DNA of 64,000 bases. Origin: Thecamonas trahens ATCC 50062 (taxonomy: Eukaryota > Protista > Apusomonadida). Positions 43,101 to 53,476 of the stretch are shown one piece after another. Below the pieces are notes generated by a model that was not told the DNA's origin, did not search any database, and was given only the letters and a program-made list of their open reading frames with translations. The stretch covers positions 458,056 through 522,055 of the forward strand of contig NW_013657660.1 of NCBI RefSeq assembly GCF_000142905.1, written 5' to 3'. Within the stretch, counting starts at the first letter, position 1; every line of letters begins with the position of its first letter. A program made the position numbers and the translations under genes.

Positions 43101-46100
43101 AAGCCTTGGCGAGGAGAACTGCGAGGCGGAGCGCAATCTGGCGGATGAGGACATGCGGCGACGAGAGGGTGATGAGGACAACAACCATGAGCTTGGCGAC
43201 TGGGACGCGGGCGAGCCATTCCGATGGTGCGTGGGCCATGTTGGTTACCAGCGCGTTGTACGAGGCGATCTTGAAGGCCGCCGGCCAGTGCGGCGGGACG
43301 CCGTCGGCCTGCTGTGGCGACTTGCCGCGCGACGAGCGGTTCGACACAGACTTGTCGGCGGCAGCAGCAGCCTTGTAGGGGCGATCGGCAAGTACAAACT
43401 TGACAAAGAGCGGGGCGTGACGAGGGTTGTGGCGGAGGAACCACATGAGTGCCTCCTCGCAGACGGCCTGAGTGTAGCCTATCTCGCCGCGGGCGTAGAG
43501 ATGGTCTGAGACAAACTTGAGGACATGTTTCTCGAGTTGGCTGTCGCCAAGCGGGCCGACCTGGAGCATGGCGGAGACGGCGGCAACGACGCGACAGACG
43601 AGGGCCTGAGCGTCAGGTGAGCCGCTCTGAGCGCCACCTTCAGCGCGGGAGCGGGCATGTGCAGAGGCAGCAGCAGCGAGCGAGGCACGGGTGGCGTCGG
43701 GATCAGCGGCAGCTGATGCACCGCTCACCGATGGCGTGGCAGCGGTCAGCTCACCTGGGTACAACATGTTGTAAAGAAACTGGAAAAGCGAGCGTGGGCG
43801 CGAGACAATGCCCGCCGACGAGAGCGTAGCGCGGGCAGCATGGGCCTGCAGGCCATCGGTCCGCAGGATGTACTGGCGGACAAGCGAGGCAGCCGAGGCC
43901 TTGGTGGCTAGCGAGGCTGGGTCAAAGAGCTGCAGGTGGGCCGGATCAAGCCAGACCTGAATGACGTCGTGATAGAGGGCGTACATGGGCACGTTGACAG
44001 CAAAGACATCGTCCGGAAGCGACTCGAGGAGGGCGGCGAGGAGGCTGGTGACCACCGGCAGTGAGTAGTACGAAATGTGGACGCCAATGCGTGCGGCGGC
44101 GCGTGCGGCGGCGGCGGCGGCGGCCTCCTGGTCGGCTTGCGACGGTGGTGGGCCGGAGCCGGCGTCGGCCTTGGCGTCGGCCTTGGCTTCTTTGGCGGCG
44201 ACGGCAGCCTTGATCGACTTGAGGGCGTACTCCCAGCCGGAGGGGTGGACGTTGAAGACGGCGTTTGCACCAGCAAGAGCGCGGGCATCGTCTGCCGAAA
44301 GCATGTTTTTGAGAACGTAGAAGACCATGCGCTCGACGAGATGGAGGCTCATCGAGGTCGATTCTTCGTCGTCAAGCGTTTTCGGGAAGCGGAGCGCCAT
44401 GGTCATGTAGAGAGTGAGGCCGACAAAATGGTCGGCACCGAGCGAGAGCCGCGAGTCAAAGTCGTCCGGTGAGTGGACACCGGTCAGCCGCTCGACCAGC
44501 CGGCACCATGCCCAACAGACGCAGACCGAGTAGCGGTCCCAGAGGCTCGGCGAGACAAGCAGAGCGGTGATGCCCGGAAACCAGGGGGTGGCGGTCCGCG
44601 GCGCAGCGAGGCGGGCGAGCTGGCCGGGGTCCGCGTCGGCGGTGTGGGCGTCAAAGTCGGTGCGCGGCAGACCATTGGCGTCAAGGAAGAGGGCGGCGAG
44701 GCGAGGCGGGGCAGTGTCGGCTGCGGCAGCCTCAAAGGCCGCCAGCGGCGGCGAGTCAAGGAGCGCGAGTGGCGCGAGAGCTCCATATGGATGATCGGGT
44801 CCGAGTGGCAGTACCACAGCAGCGCCATGCCCTCGATGCGAGTGCGGAGCTCGAGCCAGGCGTCGAGCTCGACGGCGTCAGTGCGGACGGCATCGTCGGC
44901 GAGGGCTTGAGCAAACGAGGTGAGGACGGTGATGATGTTGTTGATGACCTTGAGGACGGTGGTCTCTTCGAGCTCGGCGGAGAGATCGAGCAGGGCGCGC
45001 GAGAGCGCCATGACGACCGGAATGAGGTTGTGTGCCGGCGAGAGGAGCATGTAGTCACAAAGAGCGACGAGAGCAGTCGAGTGAAGCTCGCGGTCCGAGT
45101 GGAGGACGTACGCGGTGAGGCGCTTGACGACGGCCTTCTTGCGGGCGGGGTCCGGGTCGTGGATGACCGGGAAGCAGCGAAGGGCGGCGCGAACAAGGGC
45201 AAGGTCGGTAGCCTTGGACACGTCGCGCTCCTCGGACATGAAGGGCTGGATGAGCGGGAAGAGCGAGGTGTTGATGGGCTCGAGCGCTGCAGGCACATCG
45301 CGGGCAAGCGAGCCAAGAGCGCGGAGGACGGCGACCTGGCCGGCAAGCGGGTAGTTGGGCAGCGAGAGCGCCTCTGTGACATGGAGCAGGAGCGAGTCGA
45401 CGTGGTGCTTGCCGATGGCGACGAGAATGGCAACCACAAGCTCGAGCTCTTCAGAGCTGAGGTTCTTTGCAGCCTTGGAGAGGAACTTGGGCACGATGAC
45501 AGCGAGCTGGCGCTGGAAGATGGGAATCTGGTCGTGGACAAAGACCGGGTTGAGCGTGGTAAAGTAGTCGAGGATGAAGCCGAGGACGTCGAGACGATGG
45601 GCCTTGTCCTTGAGCGCCGAGGCGGCGAGAGCGAGCCAGTCCTCACCGCGAGTGGGAAAGTAAAAGGCAGCATTGGCCAGGGTGGTCATGGCCTGCAGCA
45701 GCGCGATGGAAAAGAGGATGTGCTTGGACTTTTTGGCCCACTTGGTGACGGTCTTGTAGATGTTGGCAAAGAGGTCCCAGAACTGCGGGGCGTGGACCGA
45801 CTTCTCAAAGGCGATGTACTCGGTCGAGTAACCGGCGACTGCAGTCGGATGGCCGCGGATGAGCGTGGTGAAGATGGTGGTGAGCGAGGAGCAGATAGCC
45901 TCACGGAGGACACCACGGTCAATGCTCGGCATGCGGGCGGCAAGGATGGCCAGGTACTCGAGGGTAGTCTTAGTCCGAGCCTGTGTTGCGAAAGAGAACG
46001 GAAGGCGAGCGACGGCGCGCTGGTACGAGACGTACGCGCGCTGGGTGTTCTTGTCCATGGCGCCCAGAGCGTCGGTGAAGAGCTTGACAACCTTGCCCAG

Positions 46101-46631
46101 ATCGGCAGCTGCGAGGGCAGCGAGGCCGAGGGCAGCGTGATGGCGGACGGCGGGAGAGCAGGCAAAGTGGAGACGGACAAAGAAAGCATCATAGACTGGA
46201 GAATCGAGCTCTGCCAGAGCACGAAGACCGCGCTTGCCGCCTTTGACAGGATGAGCAGCATCGGCCAGGAGCGCAGTGAGAGTGGCGAGGAGCCAACTTT
46301 CCGGCGAGCCATCGGCGGCCACGTCTTCGATGTTCTCCTTGCGATCGGTAGTCGATGGAGCTGCGCCTGTAAACGAGTCTGCAGCACCAGCTTGCGAGGG
46401 GAACGAGTCGAGCAAGTCGACAAACTTTGCCACTACATGCTTGAGATGCGACCTTCCGACACTCACAATGAGAGCGCCAGCAGCATCAAGAGATCCAGAG
46501 ACTTCGCCTGGGGTGAGGAGGGCGACTTCACCAGCATGGGCCACAGACCTCTCACTTGCTTCTTCACCAGACTGGTGCGAGAGCAGTGCACGGACTTGCT
46601 CGAGCACGTCGTTGAGAGGGGTACTGGTCAT
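40153..46631 (-). CDS. Large HEAT/ARM-solenoid protein, Furry/Mor2/Tao3-like; -1 frame break near 44782
   Basis: Two long abutting frames (46631-~44782 and ~44782-40153), all-helical composition; LRCFP and IEGMALLWYCHSD resemble the MOR2-PAG1 N-terminal domain. Family call tentative. Confidence 0.55.
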
Positions 46632-46689
46632 GGGCGGTTGTGTATGTAGATGTGTGCGTGTGTCGGGGGAGGTGGGGTGGGGTGGGGGA

Positions 46690-46722
46690 GGTGAGGTGAG
46701 GTGAGGTGAGGTGAGGTGAGGT
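46690..46722. repeat. (GGTGA)n pentanucleotide repeat upstream of the Furry-like start
   Basis: About 6 ggtga units. Confidence 0.85.
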
Positions 46723-47236
46723 GCAGGCTCGGGTTTGGCTCGGTCTGGTTTGGGCACTGACCAGCGCCGAGCAGTCCATGGGGCGCATCGCTTGGGCGAT
46801 GAGCTTGGCAAAACAGATGAGATTGCACATCGGTTACTAGCGCCTATATCCAGCAAGGTGTCGGCACGTGGTTGCGAGGGCGAGTGCAGGCTCGTAGTCG
46901 AACTTGAGCTCGGGGCTTGAGCTGGGAGCTCAAGATCGAGGCGCAAACTGTGGCTGATTCCATGCTGCAGGCCCTCCCTGCATTCCCACCTTACGTGTAA
47001 CTATGTCAATCAGAGCAAGTATTGCTCGACCAAATCGCACGTTGGCCCAGCATGTGTATTCCCATGGCGGAGTCACGAGTAATGGATGCGTGTGGTAGTG
47101 AGCGCCAAAACGCCGGCGAAGCTCGTCGACAGCCGCAACCGCCGTACTTACCATAGCGGGCGACGAGATTGGCGAGAGGCATCTCACTCTACGGCCTTGT
47201 ACATAGCGACATAGGTGCAGGGCTTGGACATTGAGT

Positions 47237-49057
47237 ATGAGCGCGAATTTCTCTGACGGAGCTGTGGTCATGCTGTCTATTACGGGTGGTGAGGGGAATG
47301 GTAGAGGAAGAGGCGAGGGCGGGAAGAAGGGCAAGAAGGACGGACATCGTAATGTTCGGCAACAGACAATAGCCATCACGCATGCACATGCATCGGTTGG
47401 CACTGATGTGAGTCTCCCGCCAAGGAGACTGCCATTGGTAGTCTCATCGGGCAATGACCTCGGTCTTCAGGTGGAGTACAACGGATCGGATTCAGACGAG
47501 TCGAGCAGCAATGACGGACACGATCAGGATGGCCAAGGTGGCGGCTTTGGCAGCATGTCTTCGACTCGTGCTCGTGATCAAGGCTCGTCCAATGCACCGG
47601 TTGTCTCGGTGGCGCTGCAGACGTCGCCAGTCGACTTTCTCCCGCTCTCGGAGATCGAGCTCGAGCGAGCGTTGTCGACGGCGGCAGCACCGTTGCGCGA
47701 CAGTGACTCGCGTGTGGACTCACTGGCAGCGTTTCTCCTCAAGGTTGAGAGCCTGATGGACGAGGCGCTTGACGAGGCGCTGACGGACTCGGTCTTTGCG
47801 GCGTATGCACGAGCGTCGTCGCGTGATGAGGTCGACGCCATTGAGCTCGACAAGGAGCTGGTTGCGGCAGAGTTTGTGGCGCTCGGCGTAAGCGCGGTCG
47901 CGTTCTCGGCTACGGGCTCGATGGTAGCTGTGGGGTACGGCAGCTCGGGCCACAGCGCGTGGTGCGAGCATGAGGCTGCGATTGGAGTGTGGGCGTTCAA
48001 CCGCTCGCGAAGCAAGAGCGAGGTGCCGGAGGTGCTGGTGAGGACCCGGGCATGCGTTCGAGCGCTGGCGTTCCACCCGCACGCCGCGGGCAAGCTCGCG
48101 TACGCTACGTTTTCCGGGCAGGTCAGCGTGGTTGATGCACTGGCAGCCGGTAGCGGCGGGAACGTCGGCGGCGGCGCGAGCGACAGCAGCAGCGGAGCGG
48201 TCGTGGCGACGGGCGTCCACACTGAGCCGGTGGTGGCTCTCGAGTGGCTAGTGGTGGGCAGCCGGAGCAAGGCGCAGAGCGGAGGCGGGCACCTGGTCTC
48301 GCTCTGTGCTGGCGGACGGCTGCTGATGTGGGATGCGGCGTCACTGTCAAAGACGGCGGTCCTCGGGTTCACTCTCCACACCTCACGGCTCGGGTCGCAG
48401 CTGTGTCCGCTCGGCGGCTCGGCGCTGGCGCTGGCGGCGGCTGACCTCGAGTCCGGCAACCTGCTGGTGGCGTCGGAGACCGGAGCGCTGCTGCAGGGCT
48501 CGCTGACGAGGCATCCGGCGCTGCTGCTGGGCTCGTTCGCCAAGCCGGCAGCATCGTGTGAGTACCCGGACGACCCATACGGGGTCTCGCCGGTTGTGTT
48601 TGCCTTCCACTCGCCACCGGCGCCTGTGCTGGCGCTGGCGGCTTCGCCGTTTGCGGCCAACGTGTTTGTCTCTGGTGCCGCCGACGGTGGCGTTCGGCTC
48701 CACGCCCTCCGCACCCAGCAGGCACTGATGACCCGGTACGCGCCAGACGGCTCGGCGGTAGTGGCGGTCCAGTTCTCGCCGCTGCGACCGATGGTGGTCT
48801 TTGCCGGCACCTCGTCGGGTGCGCTGTTGGTCTTTGATCTTGGTGCTGAGCCCGAGACGCCTGCGGTGGCGCACGTCCTCGACGCCGGCATCACGGCCAT
48901 TGCCGCCAATAGCGAGATGCCGACGGTGGTGAGCGTTGGCACGACGCGCGGCGGGGCGCGATTGTACACGGTCTCGCGCTCGCTCTCGGCGCCACGGCCC
49001 GGCGAGGAGGCCCAACTCCAGTCGACAGTGGCGGGGCTGGCGGCGCGAGCCGAGTGA
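47237..49057 (+). CDS. WDR34: Dynein-2 intermediate chain WDR34 (retrograde IFT)
   Basis: LAAFLLKVE, VAVGYG..GH..W, LAFHP, HTEPV, SPFAANVF and FSPLRPMV correspond to WDR34/DYNC2I2; QT motifs in the N-terminal tail; start approximate. Confidence 0.82.
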   Translation: MSANFSDGAVVMLSITGGEGNGRGRGEGGKKGKKDGHRNVRQQTIAITHAHASVGTDVSLPPRRLPLVVSSGNDLGLQVEYNGSDSDESSSNDGHDQDGQGGGFGSMSSTRARDQGSSNAPVVSVALQTSPVDFLPLSEIELERALSTAAAPLRDSDSRVDSLAAFLLKVESLMDEALDEALTDSVFAAYARASSRDEVDAIELDKELVAAEFVALGVSAVAFSATGSMVAVGYGSSGHSAWCEHEAAIGVWAFNRSRSKSEVPEVLVRTRACVRALAFHPHAAGKLAYATFSGQVSVVDALAAGSGGNVGGGASDSSSGAVVATGVHTEPVVALEWLVVGSRSKAQSGGGHLVSLCAGGRLLMWDAASLSKTAVLGFTLHTSRLGSQLCPLGGSALALAAADLESGNLLVASETGALLQGSLTRHPALLLGSFAKPAASCEYPDDPYGVSPVVFAFHSPPAPVLALAASPFAANVFVSGAADGGVRLHALRTQQALMTRYAPDGSAVVAVQFSPLRPMVVFAGTSSGALLVFDLGAEPETPAVAHVLDAGITAIAANSEMPTVVSVGTTRGGARLYTVSRSLSAPRPGEEAQLQSTVAGLAARAE

Positions 49058-49131
49058 GACGGTGGTGGTGGAAGAGCAGGTTTATGGCGTGAGCGCATGC
49101 ACAGGAATACACAACAAAGCAGATAGGCGCA

Positions 49132-49647
49132 CTACGCGGCGCAAGTCTCCTCGACGGTGGCGTGGAGTGCCTCGCGGACGGCAAACCAGGCTGGCGAGCC
49201 GATGCGGTACTCGCGCGAGAGCTGGACGAGGGCCTTGACAGGGAACTTCGAGTTGATGGCCTCGTCGACGAGCTCGCCGACCTGGCTCTCCTCGCGGCTC
49301 TCCTTCTTGTCCTGGCTCTCCTTCTCCTGCTGCTTCTTGGCGGCCGTCCGCTTGCTCTTCTCCTCGCGCTCCTGCTCGTGGCGGAGCTTGGACTCGCGGA
49401 TCCGCGAGCGGAGCTGCGCGACCTTGCGGGCGCCGGCTGACGTCGCGTTGACGTCGTCAAACGAAGCGTCGTTGGCAGCCTCGACCTCGGCCTCGACCTC
49501 ATCAACCTCGTCGGCCTCGGCTTCGGCCTCGGATTCAGCCTCGACCTCGTCGTCGTCGTCGTCGTCATTGTCGTCGTTGGCGTCAGCGTCGGCATTGGCG
49601 TCGGTGTCGTCGCCCTTGTCCTCCTCGATCAGGACTTCGTCGTCGTT

Positions 49648-49689
<42 letters not shown>

Positions 49690-50034
49690 TTCGTCGTCTT
49701 CGTCGTCTTCATCGGCATCGTCTTCGTCTTCGTCGTCGTCGTCGTCGACATCCTCCTCGTCGTCGTCGTCCTCGTCGGCATCCTCCTCGTCGTCGTCCTC
49801 GTCGGCATCCTCGTCGTCGTCGTCGTCGTCGGCATCCTCCTCCTCGTCGTCGTCGTCGTCGTCATCATCAGCAACCTCAGTCGAGCCAGAGCCATCATCA
49901 TCGTCATCGTCGTCATCGTCATCACCATCATCATCGTCGTCCTCTTCCTCCTCCTCAAAATCCAGCGTCTCCTCGAGCATCTCGAGCTTCTTCTCGAGCA
50001 TCTCCATCTCCGCGTAGTGAACAGAAGCAGCCAT
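49132..50034 (-). CDS. Highly acidic (poly-Asp/Glu) hypothetical protein with basic coiled-coil and short helical C-terminus
   Basis: 300-aa ORF with good start context (GTC ATG GCT); about 170 aa D/E tract. Confidence 0.7.
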
Positions 50035-51100
50035 GACTAAACTACAACCAAACGTACATGTCCTTCATCCATGAGTCCCCCCCCTCTCTCCCTCCTCTCC
50101 CCTTCATCCTTCCATCCTCTGTTTAAAAATCAAAACACTGGGAAATACATCACTGCCCGACGCAGGTGTAGTAGCCAGGAGCACGGTGTCGCTCTTCTTC
50201 CTCTCTCGACGGGCGACACGCCCTCACACGGCCACTGCCCCCCCCGCCGCCCCCTCCCCCCTCCCCCCCCCACTCCAAACCAGCACATGTTCGCTTCTCC
50301 TTCTCGAGCCCCCCACACAAGCATCTGGTGTATTGCATGTGCTCGGTAGAGCGAGAGGAGGATAGTCTGAGGTGTCGGACATGGCTATGGCTGGCGGGCT
50401 CGGACCGTGCGTGCGTACAGGCGAGGTCTCGGTTTCAGGCGAAATGGAGAAATGTGGTCGTTGGGCGAGTGTCCTGCCTTTTTCGCTGCAGACAGTCAGC
50501 TCAGCGTCAACTGCAGCCAGCTGGAGACAGTCCGGCAAATAGCAGGTAGTCGGGGATGGGGATGGGGGGGGGGTGAGGTGGTCCATCGGATGGTGGATCC
50601 AAAGGGAGAGGTGGGTAGATGGTGCGGGGGGGGGGGTGCTGGGGGAATGATCGGGATTGGGTCGAGGCGCTGGTCCGCGACGTTGTGCTGGAAGAGTTGT
50701 TGGCCATCGGTGCCGGGCTACATTGTGTCGGTCGCAGGCATGCAGGTGGCGGTGGTTGGCACGGTGGCGATGCAATGCAGCAGATGGTGCGATGGAGAAT
50801 AATGACGATTTATCATGGACGATTCTTGACCCCCAAGAGCTGCGATCAGGCCCGAGAAGAACAACAGTCAAAGGCAAGCATGCCGAGCGCAAAGCTCAGT
50901 GTCAGCAAGGAGCGACGAGCGATGATGGGCGGTCGACAGTGAGCGAGTGAGCAAGAGGTTGCGTGGGTGTGGCGGGTGGCCAAAGAAACGATTGGTCGTT
51001 GTCCGAGAAACGAGCGAGGAAAGGAGAAGAGAGCGGGACAATGAGGGACATGAACAGACATTGAAGACGATGGTGGTAGTAGTAGTAGTAATGGCACCAA

Positions 51101-51349
51101 CTATGCGTCCGGGTCATTGACAAGGGTGACAATCTCATCCTTGTGCATGGGATACATGAGGAACATCTGTTCAAAGTTGATCACGCCACGCTTCTTGAGA
51201 ATCTTGAGCTGAGCACCGACCGTGTCGCAGTGCTTCTCCTCACCGACCTCGACAAGCTTCTCGTACGTGCACGAGCCACCGGACTCACGGAGAGTCTCAA
51301 TCATCCACTTCTGGTGGCCTGCGGAGAGTGCCTTTGCTTCAGCTGCCAT
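51101..51349 (-). CDS. Costars/ABRACL-family small protein (divergent)
   Basis: 82 aa; TYEKLV...VGAQLKILKKRGVINFEQMFLMYPMHKDEIVTL parallels the Costars pattern LKAAKRRKIVTY.GELLLQGVHDDVDIILL. Confidence 0.65.
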   Translation of the reverse strand: MAAEAKALSAGHQKWMIETLRESGGSCTYEKLVEVGEEKHCDTVGAQLKILKKRGVINFEQMFLMYPMHKDEIVTLVNDPDA

Positions 51350-52165
51350 CTTTGTTGCTACAGATAGTTGGGTGTCCCTCCCTCCCCCCTCTGGCCTGCC
51401 GCGCGTAGCCCGCTCGCATTTGGCCACAACGGACGATGCGACCGGCGACGACAGCAGGACCTCATCGAGCAGGCATGAATCGTGGCAATTGCGGAGCATT
51501 GACGGGAAAAAAGGAGTATGTGGTGCAGATATAGCTAGGTATGAACCAACTGATCTGGACGTTGTCTGCTGCTATCCGCAGTGTAGCTGTGGCAGCGCGT
51601 GGAGAGCTCCATCCCTGGCGGAGCGTGGCTACTGGTGACCATAGTTGCTCCATGCGGCGTGGCTGGATGTGGGAATCGGCGGTAGCGTCATTCGCCACGA
51701 TCACCTTCCCTCACCAATGCGATGTGCTGGTTGACCCTGCACTGCTGGTGCTGACCACAGACTTGCTCTCGCGCGCAGCCGGCAAGCAGCTGCCGCAAGG
51801 GCCCAGGTCACTCGACTCACGCACGCGCCAATGCAGCGGACGTTCCTCAAGTTCGAGCCACGGTCGCCGACATATGGACCGAACGAGTCGTCCCGCTCCA
51901 GAGTACGTCCTTGTCGTCAGTCTGTGGACGGTGTGTGTTGCGTGTGTGGGTGGCGGTAGCTGGCTGGCTGTCTCGTTGGGAGGATTCGATATTTTTGGGC
52001 AGCGGCTGTGGTCCTTGGGCGACACGGCGGGGAGTCGGCTTGCCGAGGCGGAAGCGAGGAGGAGGGGAGGTATGGCGATGCAAAGTGACTGTATGTATAG
52101 AGGAGGGTGTCTGCGTTATGCTCATGTGTGTGGTGGCGGTGAAAATGCTGTGAATGGGTGTGTAG

Positions 52166-53440
52166 AAGTCAGCAAAGAAGAAGGAGAGCAAGGGCCGCGG
52201 GAGGAAGGAGCGTGGCGGGCGGCATGGTGGCAAGGGCGAGGTCGACGAGGGGCCCAAGCACCCGCTGTGGACCTCGTCGTTTGTGGCCAAGATGAAGTTC
52301 CGCAACCATCTGCCGGCGGTGCCCGTGGATTCGGTCTTTCTGGCGTATCCGTTTCCGGACGACCGGTTTACGGCGTACAAGCCGACGACGCTCGAGCGCG
52401 ACAACAAGGACCTGGTCCTGCTCAAGGAGGCTGGAGTGGAGACGAGGGCCTCACTGATTGATCCGCGCGAGGGGGCGTGGCCGGAGGATCTTGCGGCGGC
52501 GGCGTCGACGGATCCGGTGCAGACGGACGTGCTGGTGCAAAAGGCGGCGGAGGCGTCTGCGGCACGGGCGAGCCGGCTGGAGCTGGCGGACGAGGACACG
52601 CGGCTGATCGAGCTCGGCGCACGGTCGCTGCAGGAGAACGCGACAGAGCTTGCGCACGTGACGTTCCTCCGCAAGGGCCAGTACCTCGGCAACGAGTTTG
52701 TGGGCGTGCACGCCGGTGTGGCGGCCAACCCCGAGCGGCTGCACGGGCGGTCAGCGCTCAACACTCTGGGCGAGGACAGGGTGCTGACGCTCGAGGAGCA
52801 GCGCGACGTGGTGGACGCGACGTTTGTGGACGCGGGCAAGGCGCCGGTCCATCCTCGGGTGCCTGGGATGAAGGCCAAGCGTGTGCTGGAGATTGTGCCG
52901 TCGAGCGAGCTCGACTCGGAGCGGCTCAACATTGTGACGTTCCAGGGCAAGCCGGCGGCAGAGCCTGCAGGCGCGGTAATCAAGGGCGGCGAGCACGACG
53001 GCGACACGTTTGTCATGTACCTCCTGCCGAAGAGCAACAAGCGGCAGCGCCGCCTGGACGATGACGACGTGAGCGCCGGCGCTGCTGCCGGCTCCGATCC
53101 GTCTGAGCTCGAGTGGATCCGCGAGTTCAACTACGAGACCCGGGCGCCGCCTGAGCTGTTCATGCTCACTGTCGACGGCGACGCCGCCAGCTACGCGCCG
53201 ATCAACACTGTGCTCTCGCTCCACAAGCGGAAGCCGGTCGGCTCGTTCCAGGCGCAGCACGTGCGTCCGGCAAGCATCACGTCGACGCGGGTCTCGGCCG
53301 AGGAGCTGGCCGCCCGCGAGTCTGCGCTCGGCAGCTACGACGACGGCGAGCTCGATGACGAGCTCGGCGGCGATGGCATGGACGACATGGACCGCAGCGC
53401 GTCGCCGACCGGCCTGCTTGCACCGATGACGACCGCGTAA
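52166..53440 (+). CDS. PAF1: RNA polymerase II-associated factor 1; first exon unresolved
   Basis: KMKFRNHLPAVP...YPF...RFTAYKPTTLER, FLRKGQY, PVHP, WIREFN. Frame open from about 52166; a possible micro-exon 52072-52090 with intron 52091-52172 would supply the ATG. Confidence 0.85.
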   Translation, partial: KSAKKKESKGRGRKERGGRHGGKGEVDEGPKHPLWTSSFVAKMKFRNHLPAVPVDSVFLAYPFPDDRFTAYKPTTLERDNKDLVLLKEAGVETRASLIDPREGAWPEDLAAAASTDPVQTDVLVQKAAEASAARASRLELADEDTRLIELGARSLQENATELAHVTFLRKGQYLGNEFVGVHAGVAANPERLHGRSALNTLGEDRVLTLEEQRDVVDATFVDAGKAPVHPRVPGMKAKRVLEIVPSSELDSERLNIVTFQGKPAAEPAGAVIKGGEHDGDTFVMYLLPKSNKRQRRLDDDDVSAGAAAGSDPSELEWIREFNYETRAPPELFMLTVDGDAASYAPINTVLSLHKRKPVGSFQAQHVRPASITSTRVSAEELAARESALGSYDDGELDDELGGDGMDDMDRSASPTGLLAPMTTA

Positions 53441-53476
53441 ATGTAACGCCAGACACAGGCGGGTTGTGGCCATTTA

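Noticed and set aside
44781-44815. 34-nt GT-AG mini-intron to explain the Furry-like frame break
   Set aside because: Removing it gives the wrong frame and an immediate TGA
50071-51100. Several short ORFs in the acidic-protein/Costars intergenic region (also 51541-52461)
   Set aside because: Low-complexity G/C-run-derived peptides without codon bias or motifs
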